Part shown: positions 18,626 to 28,224 of the stretch, one piece after another
Numbering within the stretch: the stretch's first letter is position 1
How the letters are laid out: each line of letters begins with the position of its first letter
Sequence record: PP627278.1
Origin: Escherichia phage KS_A3
Length of the DNA: 58,418 nt
Reading direction: 5' to 3' (one strand)
Notes under the pieces: generated by a model
What the model was told of the DNA's origin: nothing
The model's database searches: none
Seen by the model: the letters and a program-made list of their open reading frames with translations, nothing else
Made by a program: the position numbers and the translations under genes

Positions 18626-21600
18626 ATGGCAACTCGTTTACGTGGTACTTTAGTTGATGGTTTGAACAAGCCTATTATCAACGCTACAGTTGCGCTTTTA
18701 GCTAAAGGAAACAGTCTTACCGTATTATCCGGCAGCGAAGCTATCTTTAAAACAAGTGCAACCGGAACATATGACATCACCGTCCAAACAGGTTATTACA
18801 AGGTTATTATCGGTCCGCAGGGCGTAGAGCCATATAAAGCTGGTGAAATTGCTATTTACGCGGATAGTAAAGAAGGTACGCTGAATAACTATTTAACTTC
18901 CTGGGCACCGGAAGAATTAACTCCGGAAGTTATTGCTCAGGTAAAAGATTTGGTTGCACAAGCTGAGACAGCTAAGAATGCTTCAGCTTCGTCTGCTACT
19001 AAATCCGAGCAAGAACGCGTTAAAGCAGAAGCTGCTGCTAAAAAGGCAGAAGACACCGCTAATGGTATGAAAGCCTCTATTGGTCTTAGCAATGTTCCAA
19101 GACATGTAGCAGATATTAGTGGAAACCCTTCTGAGTTCTTAGGGTTTATACGCATATTAAGGACAACTACTGTCGGTTATCCTTCAATTGCTTCTGGTGA
19201 AACAGTATTAGCCGGTTTTGTGTCACCGATGGATGGAACTCCAGGATATACTGGTGTATTTGTTGGGGATGTGACTGGGACTTTATATACTTACCGTTGG
19301 ACTTCAGTTACTGGCGCTATATGGTGGAAACATGTAAAATCAGAAACAATAGACAGATATACACAATTATCAGATTCCACTGCTATTTATAATGCGTCAA
19401 AGAGCGGCACCCTTGTCATAAAAGATACTAAAACTTGGGGAGCTTGGGACAATCAAAGCTCCAAATACATACCTCTCGCAATAGCACAGGGTGGCACTGG
19501 AGGGGTTACTGACGCGGACGCTCGTACAAACTTAAAGCTTGGCGCTAACGATACCCCGCAATTCAGAAACCTTAATCTTGTTACCGTATTGGACACGGCG
19601 CAAGCCCCTTCCGGTATTGTAAGCGGTTATTTAAATAATAGCTCTGGAGTTCAAAGATGCCGCTACCGCATATATTCTGAAATACGCGGTGACAATAAAG
19701 CGTGGTTAACCTTACACCTTCAATCAGACACAGCAACAAATAAATATGCTGGTTTAAGCGTTGATGGTAATTTTCAAATCAATGGAAATTTTATCGGTAA
19801 CGCTTTAAGTCTTAGCGATGTCCCTACTTCTAAAGTAAATCTTCAAATTAATAGATTTGTTCAGAACACTGGTGAAACCGATGTGGTTAACCATGCAGGG
19901 ACAGCTCAAATTTTTATCACTGATAATAAAAATTGGGGCGCTTACGATAAAGAATCAAAGCGACATATTCCTTTGCCCATTTCACAAGGAGGTACTGGAG
20001 CGGTTACTATTGCTGATGCTAAAACCAATCTTCAAATTCCATCTGTAGGTGGGGGTGATTGGTTAACTTATAACGCCCCTCCTGGCGTGGAAGCTGGAAA
20101 GTATTATCCTGTTATTATTGATATGGCATATAGTTCTTTATATGCTTCTGGCGCTTTTATAGATATAAAAACAAGATCCGCCTCTGGCGATGATCCAATG
20201 AACTGCTGCACTTTTAACGGTTTTATCCGATGTGGTGGTTGGAGCGATCGTAAAGACGGTGGTTATGGTTACTTCAATAACTATGCAAAAAATGAAATTG
20301 CAATAAAATGTATTCTTTCTTCTTCTAAAGATGCAGAAAGGTACGTTGCTATATACGTTGAAGGTCGTGGTTTCCCACTCCAGTTACGTGTTCCCGCATT
20401 CTGTGAAGTAACAGTACCAACATCCAATTTCACGTATAAGAATACTACATATGCTTGGGGCACTGCTAATCCTGCCACGGATTCGACTGCTGTTCTTACT
20501 ATGTTTGATTTTTCTTTAAACCGCATAGGATTCTATCAAGCAACAACGGAAGGTAACTATTATATAGGGAATGGAGAACGTATTGTTTTATCACACGGGA
20601 TGTCCGTAGGGGATGAATTAAGCTTAACCACACCTAAGGTTACTTTCAGCGGTACAGTAGCAGCGGGTAACGGTTTTATTGCGCATGGAACGTCTCTATC
20701 CAACGCTACTTTTTATAGCCGTTATCGTGTTGGTGACGTACTATACGGCAGCGAATTTCGCGCGAGCGAAAACGCGGCCCAGATTATTGTCAGAGATCCG
20801 GCGGGTACTAACCATCAATTCTTTAACTTTAATCTTAATGGAACGTTTAGTCCTCCAAACGGCTTGTTGACTTCCACTGGTAATGATTGGAACGGTCAAA
20901 TTAATACCGTCAATAAATTCTATGCGATTGCTGGAGGGACTAACGGACCAGAACATGAAGGGAACATGGTTTATGGCGGTATCCATGTAGGATTCAGCGG
21001 AAACTATGGATTTCAGCTAAGTGGTCGAAATGGTAAATTTTTTGCAAGAACGTTTGAAGCAGGTAAACCAACTACATGGGACCGGATTATTGTTGCAGGT
21101 TTATATGGTATAGGTAGACAGTCTATGCTTCTACCAGAAGGAGGACAAGCTGGATTCTATTCGGATAGTCGGGGAGACACTCAATGGGCCCCTGTTAATG
21201 GTGCAGGTTTTCAGTCTTCATATGATCCGTATAGGATTTTCCAGTTTTGGATGAATACTTCTGGAGGTGCATATGTCCGATTCAATGATAGTGGTAACGC
21301 TCAAGCCACTAAAACAGATAAGCCTTGGGCAACACTTCAAGTCGCTGGTACATCGGATATTAATTTCAAACGTGTTCACGGTGAAATGGACACAGACGTT
21401 GCGTTAGATAATATTAGCAAGCTTGAATTTGTTTATTTCAACTACTTGTCCGACGGTCCGGAGCGTGACATTCGCAGAGGTATCATAGCGCAACAGGCTC
21501 AGGAAGTTGATCCTGAATATGTGCATAGCGCTGAAACATCCGGAAAAATGACTTTGGATTCTAACCCATTGTTATTGGATGCATTAGCCGCAATACAATC

Positions 21601-21712
21601 CCTCAAGAAAAAGGACCAAGATAATAAAGACCGCATTAGCAAGCTTGAAACTGAAGTTGAGGAACTCAAAAAGTTAGTTGCAACACTTGTCAATAAAGAA
21701 CCTCTACCGTAA
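18626..21712 (+). CDS. tail fibre protein with C-terminal intramolecular chaperone (S74-like) domain
   Basis: track start 18614 is GTG; ATG at 18626 follows SD GGGAG; C-terminal region (DTDVALDNISKLEFVYFNYLSD...) resembles the auto-cleaving chaperone domain of T5 L-shaped fibre/endosialidases, followed by coiled coil. Confidence 0.6.
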   Translation: MATRLRGTLVDGLNKPIINATVALLAKGNSLTVLSGSEAIFKTSATGTYDITVQTGYYKVIIGPQGVEPYKAGEIAIYADSKEGTLNNYLTSWAPEELTPEVIAQVKDLVAQAETAKNASASSATKSEQERVKAEAAAKKAEDTANGMKASIGLSNVPRHVADISGNPSEFLGFIRILRTTTVGYPSIASGETVLAGFVSPMDGTPGYTGVFVGDVTGTLYTYRWTSVTGAIWWKHVKSETIDRYTQLSDSTAIYNASKSGTLVIKDTKTWGAWDNQSSKYIPLAIAQGGTGGVTDADARTNLKLGANDTPQFRNLNLVTVLDTAQAPSGIVSGYLNNSSGVQRCRYRIYSEIRGDNKAWLTLHLQSDTATNKYAGLSVDGNFQINGNFIGNALSLSDVPTSKVNLQINRFVQNTGETDVVNHAGTAQIFITDNKNWGAYDKESKRHIPLPISQGGTGAVTIADAKTNLQIPSVGGGDWLTYNAPPGVEAGKYYPVIIDMAYSSLYASGAFIDIKTRSASGDDPMNCCTFNGFIRCGGWSDRKDGGYGYFNNYAKNEIAIKCILSSSKDAERYVAIYVEGRGFPLQLRVPAFCEVTVPTSNFTYKNTTYAWGTANPATDSTAVLTMFDFSLNRIGFYQATTEGNYYIGNGERIVLSHGMSVGDELSLTTPKVTFSGTVAAGNGFIAHGTSLSNATFYSRYRVGDVLYGSEFRASENAAQIIVRDPAGTNHQFFNFNLNGTFSPPNGLLTSTGNDWNGQINTVNKFYAIAGGTNGPEHEGNMVYGGIHVGFSGNYGFQLSGRNGKFFARTFEAGKPTTWDRIIVAGLYGIGRQSMLLPEGGQAGFYSDSRGDTQWAPVNGAGFQSSYDPYRIFQFWMNTSGGAYVRFNDSGNAQATKTDKPWATLQVAGTSDINFKRVHGEMDTDVALDNISKLEFVYFNYLSDGPERDIRRGIIAQQAQEVDPEYVHSAETSGKMTLDSNPLLLDALAAIQSLKKKDQDNKDRISKLETEVEELKKLVATLVNKEPLP

Positions 21713-21729
21713 CCACATCTAACTTCCAC

Positions 21730-21757
21730 AGCGCGTCTTCGGGCGCGCTTTTTATTG
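21730..21757 (+). terminator. rho-independent terminator after tail fibre gene
   Basis: AGCGCG..CGCGCT stem followed by TTTTTATT. Confidence 0.55.
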
Positions 21758-21896
21758 ACTGTCAATCCCAATTTACAAAATCTTTACATTTGGATCATTG
21801 TAAAAAGCATGTTAAGGGGTATGCTTTTGCACCGCCTGTTTTCAATACTTTTGGCGTATACCCATACGGTGCTTTCTTTCGTATATTCTAAGAAGA

Positions 21897-21924
21897 GAAA
21901 AGGGGGCAAACGCCCCCTTTCTTT
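21897..21924. terminator. bidirectional terminator at end of - strand early block
   Basis: AGGGGGC-AAAC-GCCCCCT hairpin flanked by A-run and T-run. Confidence 0.5.
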
Positions 21925-22204
21925 AACGCTTATGAAAAGCTGACAGGATTGCAAGTGTTACAGCACCCAATCCAACGACGGTAGCATAAGTGAGTTGGTG
22001 TTGAACTTTAACAAAGCCATAATAGGTGCTAGGGATGTCTACAATCCCAAACGCCATAGCAAAGCTGGTCCCAAGTAGTGCTACAGCAAGGGCGCGTAAT
22101 AACGCCCTGCTCATTGCTGTAAAGCCCTTCTCATTACTATCTCCGGTCATTATAACAACAATGATTAGAAATAGCGAAACGTCAACTAATAGATATTCCA
22201 TCAT
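21923..22204 (-). CDS. hypothetical membrane protein
   Basis: 93 aa, two predicted hydrophobic helices. Confidence 0.45.
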   Translation of the reverse strand: MMEYLLVDVSLFLIIVVIMTGDSNEKGFTAMSRALLRALAVALLGTSFAMAFGIVDIPSTYYGFVKVQHQLTYATVVGLGAVTLAILSAFHKR

Positions 22205-22407
22205 TTGCGCCTCCTGTACATGTATTGATCATACGCAGTCGCAATAATAGTGACTGGCCAGCAAGCGAGTATACATAGAAGACTTACAATCTTCTCCCAA
22301 CGTTTCTTATGGGCTAGCGCATAATCATAGTTATTCCAACAAAAGAAATAAGTCATTGTTGCAATAACTGCACCAATTACAAAATACATAACCACATATT
22401 CATGCAT
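22201..22407 (-). CDS. hypothetical membrane protein
   Basis: 68 aa, two hydrophobic segments; overlapping start/stop with neighbours. Confidence 0.45.
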   Translation of the reverse strand: MHEYVVMYFVIGAVIATMTYFFCWNNYDYALAHKKRWEKIVSLLCILACWPVTIIATAYDQYMYRRRK

Positions 22408-22588
22408 CGGTAAACTCCCAAATCAGATTATAATTATTTCCCGCTGGTACATAGCGCCCTGGACGTGGATCGAAGCTTTTCACTGAAAACTCCAGCGTTC
22501 CAGCGCTATATAGTTGCACCTTTTGTCCGTCCCACGGTCCACCTATCAATTTAAAAGTCTGTCGATAACCTTTTGCAGCTTTAGCCAT
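22400..22588 (-). CDS. hypothetical protein
   Basis: 62 aa ORF with SD AAGGAG. Confidence 0.4.
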   Translation of the reverse strand: MAKAAKGYRQTFKLIGGPWDGQKVQLYSAGTLEFSVKSFDPRPGRYVPAGNNYNLIWEFTDA

Positions 22589-22630
22589 GCTCGCTCCTTA
22601 AATACCCGCGCGAACGCGGGTATTTCTTTG

Positions 22631-22837
22631 TTACGCTTCCGGTGTTTCCGGTGATGGTTCATCAGGAACAACAATAACGTCAGCTAAAACTTTCAACGCT
22701 TCTTGTTGCTCCGCTGTCATATTATTCCAGTAATAGACGTGAATGTAAACTACTGGTTTGTCACCATGTTGCCACGGTTCGCGACTTACTACATCCGCAG
22801 CTAAATCGCTTGCTACGCTCTTTTCTTTACCAGCCAT
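22631..22837 (-). CDS. hypothetical protein
   Basis: 68 aa acidic ORF. Confidence 0.4.
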   Translation of the reverse strand: MAGKEKSVASDLAADVVSREPWQHGDKPVVYIHVYYWNNMTAEQQEALKVLADVIVVPDEPSPETPEA

Positions 22838-22869
22838 GCTAATGTACCCCTTTAAGGTTTTACACGCTG

Positions 22870-23163
22870 CTAGCCCCCAAAAGTACCCCTATGATCAAGG
22901 GTTCTAATGCGCTGCTCCAGCCAACGTGCGTTCTTTTCAAAATGTTCATTGGTACGCGCTGCTTTGCACGCATCAATAATACCTAACTCACATCCAAGCT
23001 GCGTTTGTCCCATCACGTAAGAATGGGTTAACATGCTGGATACAAGCTCTTCACATTGTAACTTAATAGGATGGTCTTGGCATAGTTTCTTTGCTGCATC
23101 TTTTAAATCCACAGCTTGGACACCAGGCGCTATCAGCAAAGTTACGAGTAATAAACGTTTCAT
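22870..23163 (-). CDS. hypothetical secreted protein
   Basis: 97 aa, N-terminal signal peptide (MKRLLLVTLLIAPGVQA), several Cys. Confidence 0.45.
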   Translation of the reverse strand: MKRLLLVTLLIAPGVQAVDLKDAAKKLCQDHPIKLQCEELVSSMLTHSYVMGQTQLGCELGIIDACKAARTNEHFEKNARWLEQRIRTLDHRGTFGG

Positions 23164-23504
23164 TATGCTTTCCCTTTACGACATAAGGCTTGAAGTTCCA
23201 GAAGCGCATCAATGTCTTCCTGTGGAGTTACACCAACGTGAATTGGATATTTAGCGCAACATTCGTTGCTGACTTCAACAGTGTGGTTAATGTAGCCGTA
23301 AACACATCCACCAATAACAGTGAAGATAAGCGCAACAATCATTGTAAGGTACTTACCTTGTTTGCGTTCTTCATTTTGTTTATTAAGCTGACGGTTAAGT
23401 TCCACCGCGTCAATTTTACCTTTATTGTAATCGTCTACTAAGCTCATTTTGTATCTCCTCTTGTTGTATGCATATATTAAAACAGACCCGCGAAGGGTCT
23501 GCAA
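23163..23504 (-). CDS. hypothetical membrane-anchored protein
   Basis: 113 aa with central transmembrane helix. Confidence 0.4.
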   Translation of the reverse strand: MQTLRGSVLIYAYNKRRYKMSLVDDYNKGKIDAVELNRQLNKQNEERKQGKYLTMIVALIFTVIGGCVYGYINHTVEVSNECCAKYPIHVGVTPQEDIDALLELQALCRKGKA

Positions 23505-23511
23505 GTAGAAT

Positions 23512-25497
23512 TTAGGCGTATCCCATGTCTTCGAGATACTTCTCTGCTTTAGCTATATAAGCATCATAATCTATGTCGTCCGGTATTTTATCCGGTAGCG
23601 TCATGATCGGGACGCCTCCCGCGCTACCAGCTACACGGTTGCCCGAGTTAACATAGATTATTTCAGGTGTTTCTTCATTAGTGCTTAAGTACCAGCGTAC
23701 AACCTTACCCAAAAATTCGCCATTCCATACCGCGCCGCCTTTTACCGCACGTAAGATAATGAATTTTCTAATATCGTTGCAATTGCGTATAGTACGAGAA
23801 ACAGGCGTACCGTGGGCCAAACATTCACATACAGCTTCCATAATAATCTCACCAGTACAGTTCTTTTGAAGACCTGTCTTTGCGAACCACCCTTTACGCT
23901 TAATTTCAACATTTCCTTCCTCGTCAGGTTCTTTTACTGCAACATAGTTATTGACGTTAGCACTGTACAGCTTGTCATAGTAGTTGGATTCCATTTCAAA
24001 ACCTGTTACGGATTCCCACCACTTGATCATATTATCAACGAAGTCCTGCATATGGTCCGGATACTTAACCACAATACCATCCGTGTTGGCTGAAATTACT
24101 TTAACACCGTTCAGCTCAAACGCTTCAATAAGCATCAACAGTGAAAGCTGTCCGGTTAATGTAACTTGTATCAATAATTGGGGCGCGTACAGTACAGACC
24201 ACATGGACCCCAACTTACCGAACGATCCGTTGATAACGATCTTCAGCGTGTTGGCTGTGTTCTTATCCCCTGAGTGCTTAGCTGCAATACGACGATCTAC
24301 AATACTCTTATAAACACGAAGGAACGCTGGTCCCAACTGTTCTGGATATAAGCCCTGATTAAGAATGATTGAAGGATAATAAGACGTTACGTCAATGTCC
24401 CGCTTTTTGATACCAGGCTCTTTACCGTGGCCAGCGCACTCTTCGGAGCTATGCAAACCACCAATACCCATACGGTAGACACCGTCCGCAATCTTGATCT
24501 CAAGACCTGTTAATGCAGGAGGTAAGCTAACACCACCGTTATCGCTAACAATAAAGCGACAGTCCCGAACAATATCCAAAACACTATTCATCAAAGGTGT
24601 TTGAAAACGAATAAAGCCCGGTATGTTGTATGCATACTTTGTTCCAGGATAAACTTGCGGACGATGTGGGCGCACGCCCGTTAACGCTTGAATTTCGTGC
24701 TTAATCACGTCTTCTGCAATCTGTGCATCGGAGCGTGAACGCAGGTCCACACCGTATTCTTTCGACATGATTTCACGCAAGTGGATAGGCTCTTGCAATG
24801 CAATAAAACATTCTTCCGTCTGTACAAGGTCGTTAATACAGTACCATCGCACAATTAACATCTGGTCCTGCGTCAACATGGTATTTGGTTTGAACGGTAA
24901 ATCCTGCATACGGCGAGTATGTACACGTCCGCCATATTGTTTCAAACCACCGGACCCAGGCAGAACTTCCATAATATCAATGTGGTTAACGTTCTGCATA
25001 CGCTTAAGACGGTAACTCTTCAATACATCAGAAGGACGCCAGTCTTCAACGATTATTTTATCGGTCGCGTCTTTAAGCTGTGCATTAGAACAGCCATTAA
25101 GCGCAAGCGTAGCAATGGGCATATCGTACCCATTACCGTTAAAGCTCACGATAAGGAAGTTTGTCATTACCCAGTTAAGTAGCAAGCAATTCAAACTACA
25201 ACCGTGATACATTTCGAAGTAGACAACTTTCTTAGTCCTTACTCCGCGGAATGCGATCAAGAAGTAGTTTGGATAACATTCAATATCATATACAAGCGGT
25301 TCGCGATTAATCCATGCTTGAATAAGTTCGTCCTGTGTGTACAGGTTGTATTGGAAGTTCCGCGCTTCCTCAAGGTTAGGCAAATAATCCGGGCGCTCCC
25401 AAGTGCGCTCCGGCGGTAAACGTTTAACCTTTTCTTTCTTTGCTTTTGGCTCAGGCGGTAAGTCCTGCCAAAAGAAACCAATAGCATCTGTCCGCAT
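23512..25497 (-). CDS. DNA polymerase, family B, with 3'-5' exonuclease domain
   Basis: Exo motifs DIECY, NGNGYD, YCIND; polymerase motifs DVTSYYPS (motif A), KIVINGSFGK (motif B), NTDGIV (motif C); start set to ATG at 25497 overlapping upstream stop rather than track start 25551. Confidence 0.75.
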   Translation of the reverse strand: MRTDAIGFFWQDLPPEPKAKKEKVKRLPPERTWERPDYLPNLEEARNFQYNLYTQDELIQAWINREPLVYDIECYPNYFLIAFRGVRTKKVVYFEMYHGCSLNCLLLNWVMTNFLIVSFNGNGYDMPIATLALNGCSNAQLKDATDKIIVEDWRPSDVLKSYRLKRMQNVNHIDIMEVLPGSGGLKQYGGRVHTRRMQDLPFKPNTMLTQDQMLIVRWYCINDLVQTEECFIALQEPIHLREIMSKEYGVDLRSRSDAQIAEDVIKHEIQALTGVRPHRPQVYPGTKYAYNIPGFIRFQTPLMNSVLDIVRDCRFIVSDNGGVSLPPALTGLEIKIADGVYRMGIGGLHSSEECAGHGKEPGIKKRDIDVTSYYPSIILNQGLYPEQLGPAFLRVYKSIVDRRIAAKHSGDKNTANTLKIVINGSFGKLGSMWSVLYAPQLLIQVTLTGQLSLLMLIEAFELNGVKVISANTDGIVVKYPDHMQDFVDNMIKWWESVTGFEMESNYYDKLYSANVNNYVAVKEPDEEGNVEIKRKGWFAKTGLQKNCTGEIIMEAVCECLAHGTPVSRTIRNCNDIRKFIILRAVKGGAVWNGEFLGKVVRWYLSTNEETPEIIYVNSGNRVAGSAGGVPIMTLPDKIPDDIDYDAYIAKAEKYLEDMGYA

Positions 25498-26450
25498 TAG
25501 ACACGTTCTCCAATTAACACACCGCGAAGATTTTCCCCAAAGAATGCGCAAGGTTGCGGATATAAACTAAAGTCCGCAGTCTTAACCACATTTTCGAGTA
25601 ATAACAGGATGTCGATATTGTAAACTCCCGTTATTGATCTGTCCTGCAATACGAAGCTTGCACCTTCTGCATCATCGTAATGAGTACGCGCTAGACCGTT
25701 TTCAATATATACGCGAGGACGATCTTCCGCAAAAGGTTTGATTTTATGCAATCCCTCAAAAAGACCTGGATCAACAGGATGTGCATTGCATTGAACATTT
25801 AAAATACGACGTATATCGGGCCACTCCGCATCAATAAGCTGTGTTCGCAACCAGCGACCTTCCGGATAATGAAATGTGACATTGTTCTTGCTAACCTGAA
25901 TATGTGTCGGGTTAGCTTTAATGCGCAGTATTTCTTTGATAGCAACAGACGGTATTATGCAGTCAATAGGGAATTGATTACCGAACCAATATTCCGCAAT
26001 AGTGACGTTATTTGTAGCAAACAAGCTACCGTTATTGATCAGAATACCGCAAGCCCACGGACGGGAAGCATCGGACCCAACAAATGGAGCAACGGACTTT
26101 ACACCATGCACGAAGCGAGCGCCGTCTATTTCGTACAAATCGCCTTCAGGGAATACGTGCGGCGTTTCTTTATCAATGCAGCGTATAGCAACACGAAACG
26201 GACCGGACTTGATATTTAACTTACCGTTAGCCATCATTGTTAGCTGCACTGTTTCATCGCAGTTCGAAATAGCTTTAATCATAGGCCCAGCTTCGGGCTT
26301 GCAATCAATATCCAGCTCAATAGGGCTACCCAGTGCAATAACACCGTTAAAGCCCTGTACCTGTCCGTCACGAATAAGAAAACTGGTAAGCCCTTCTACC
26401 AGTTCCTTCTTCGCTACGGAGCCTTGAACAAATTTAAGAGCGTCTAACAT
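25497..26450 (-). CDS. hypothetical protein, translationally coupled to DNA polymerase (possible processivity factor)
   Basis: 317 aa; TAATG overlap with polymerase start; function not established from sequence. Confidence 0.4.
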   Translation of the reverse strand: MLDALKFVQGSVAKKELVEGLTSFLIRDGQVQGFNGVIALGSPIELDIDCKPEAGPMIKAISNCDETVQLTMMANGKLNIKSGPFRVAIRCIDKETPHVFPEGDLYEIDGARFVHGVKSVAPFVGSDASRPWACGILINNGSLFATNNVTIAEYWFGNQFPIDCIIPSVAIKEILRIKANPTHIQVSKNNVTFHYPEGRWLRTQLIDAEWPDIRRILNVQCNAHPVDPGLFEGLHKIKPFAEDRPRVYIENGLARTHYDDAEGASFVLQDRSITGVYNIDILLLLENVVKTADFSLYPQPCAFFGENLRGVLIGERV

Positions 26451-26677
26451 TAGCGGTCCTCGATTGCTCTAATTGTGGTTAAATCTAATTCACAGGTTGG
26501 AGGGTATCCATAAAGTCCCATTTGTTTTCCTTGTGCATTAAACCATGTACCTGACGGATCCTGCCACTGCTTAGGTGTCTTGTGGAGAAATACTACTCTG
26601 TTTTCACCGTAATAATTAATTCTTACTCCTGTGTGAGTATATTTACGTTTACCTTTTGGTCTTCTTAAGTTAGCCAT
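26450..26677 (-). CDS. hypothetical protein
   Basis: 75 aa basic ORF, ATGA-type overlap with neighbours. Confidence 0.4.
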   Translation of the reverse strand: MANLRRPKGKRKYTHTGVRINYYGENRVVFLHKTPKQWQDPSGTWFNAQGKQMGLYGYPPTCELDLTTIRAIEDR

Positions 26678-27597
26678 CAGAACAACTCCATTACACGATC
26701 ACGGAATGTGCCGTCATGGGTAGCGTTAATGTTTGCAGCAATTACACCATACGCCCATAAGTTGAAGGCAGCACGTGATTCATAGATTGTTGATAAACGT
26801 TCGTAAGTGAAACCGTTTTGCTCAAGGTATTTAAGGACAGCGTCTTGTTCAATTTCAGTTAATGTTGAAACATGCTTACCAAAATGATGGCGGTCCGGTG
26901 ACTTATCTGATACGCGCATTGGTCCCCACGGAGGGGTAACCACACTTCCAAACGCTGCCGCTTGAATCCAGGAGGATGAGTCACAGCTATACCACGGATA
27001 ACGCTCCATAATGGTTGTGGACGTAATACCAAACGCATGAAGTTTAATTTTAGCACGTCCGCTACCGTCGCAAATATATTTGTCCCACATGCGGTCCAGC
27101 CAAGTTTTAAGCGTGTCCGTTGAACGTCCTACCATGCCCCCAATGGTGATATATTCGTAGTTCTTCATGTAGTATTCAAGATAGCGGAAGTCCTCCCCAA
27201 AGTGAAAGCAAGGTAACGGTTTAGCACCGCGTGCTTCCATTTCAAGCTGGTTACGGTAGGTTTGCAACGGGTCACCAATACCGTCGAGCACCGACGCCAT
27301 TACAGCACCATCTTCTACGCGAAGGATGTCTTTGTTACGCTTGATGTATTCGCAGTATTCAACAATATCAATGTGAGCACCCAAAGAGTGCGCGGAGAAT
27401 GCACCTGAGTCGAGAAACACTTTAGCCCCATCCGCACGCATTTGATCAACATACTTCTGACGTCCAACGTAGTGGTATGATTCCAAAATATTTGGAAGGC
27501 TATTAACAATGTCTTTTTCCCGATCGTTTAACTTTTCATATCGTTGTTGACCAGCTTTATAGCCGTTGGTATATACCGCAGCGACAAACAGATGCAT
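26677..27597 (-). CDS. dpdA: DNA-guanine transglycosylase (tRNA-guanine transglycosylase-like, DpdA family)
   Basis: 306 aa; FLDSGAFS motif resembling the catalytic DSGG(F/Y)Q region of TGT enzymes; sits in operon with queC/D/E and folE. Confidence 0.65.
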   Translation of the reverse strand: MHLFVAAVYTNGYKAGQQRYEKLNDREKDIVNSLPNILESYHYVGRQKYVDQMRADGAKVFLDSGAFSAHSLGAHIDIVEYCEYIKRNKDILRVEDGAVMASVLDGIGDPLQTYRNQLEMEARGAKPLPCFHFGEDFRYLEYYMKNYEYITIGGMVGRSTDTLKTWLDRMWDKYICDGSGRAKIKLHAFGITSTTIMERYPWYSCDSSSWIQAAAFGSVVTPPWGPMRVSDKSPDRHHFGKHVSTLTEIEQDAVLKYLEQNGFTYERLSTIYESRAAFNLWAYGVIAANINATHDGTFRDRVMELF

Positions 27598-28154
27598 TAT
27601 TCCACCTCAAATTTATTACGCTTAGATCTGTTTTCTTCAATAGATAAGTATTGTAGGTTACTAAGGACGTGAAGTCCACTGACTCTTTTACCGCAAAGAG
27701 GTATAATATGATCAACCTCCATCCCATCCGGGCAGTTAGCGTAGAACAATTCAATTTGTTCTTTTTCAGACCACGCAGGGATTCTTAAAGACCTTTTCTT
27801 ATGCACTTCAAGGGAATGTAACCTTGATCTAGCTTTACCGTAATCTGTCTTAGCCCAGCGTTTCAGCCTTTCTTTATTTTGTTCTTTACCTTTCTCAGTA
27901 GAATTATAAGCAGCTTTTGAACGTTGAAGGGCTTCTTTTCCTTTCTGTGACTTATGGTATCTCTTAATAGCATTCCTTGCAGCTTCTGTTTTATTGTAAA
28001 TACGCATTCTTTTCTTTCGTGCTTCTCTGTCACAAGTAATACAATAGCCATCTACAGTCTTTCTTTCAGAAACATGACCTTTCGCACAAGGCTTACCAGT
28101 AAAATAATATTTCAAACCTCTTTCTTTTGCTTCAGCTCTTGTGATAATTTCCAT
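27597..28154 (-). CDS. HNH homing endonuclease
   Basis: 185 aa; Cys-rich zinc-binding N-terminus, DHIIPL...N HNH motif; inserted between dpdA and folE. Confidence 0.7.
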   Translation of the reverse strand: MEIITRAEAKERGLKYYFTGKPCAKGHVSERKTVDGYCITCDREARKKRMRIYNKTEAARNAIKRYHKSQKGKEALQRSKAAYNSTEKGKEQNKERLKRWAKTDYGKARSRLHSLEVHKKRSLRIPAWSEKEQIELFYANCPDGMEVDHIIPLCGKRVSGLHVLSNLQYLSIEENRSKRNKFEVE

Positions 28155-28224
28155 TGTCTTATACCAACTAAAAAGCCCATACCAGTATTATGACCGATAT
28201 GGGCTTGATCTGTAAAGCTATCTA

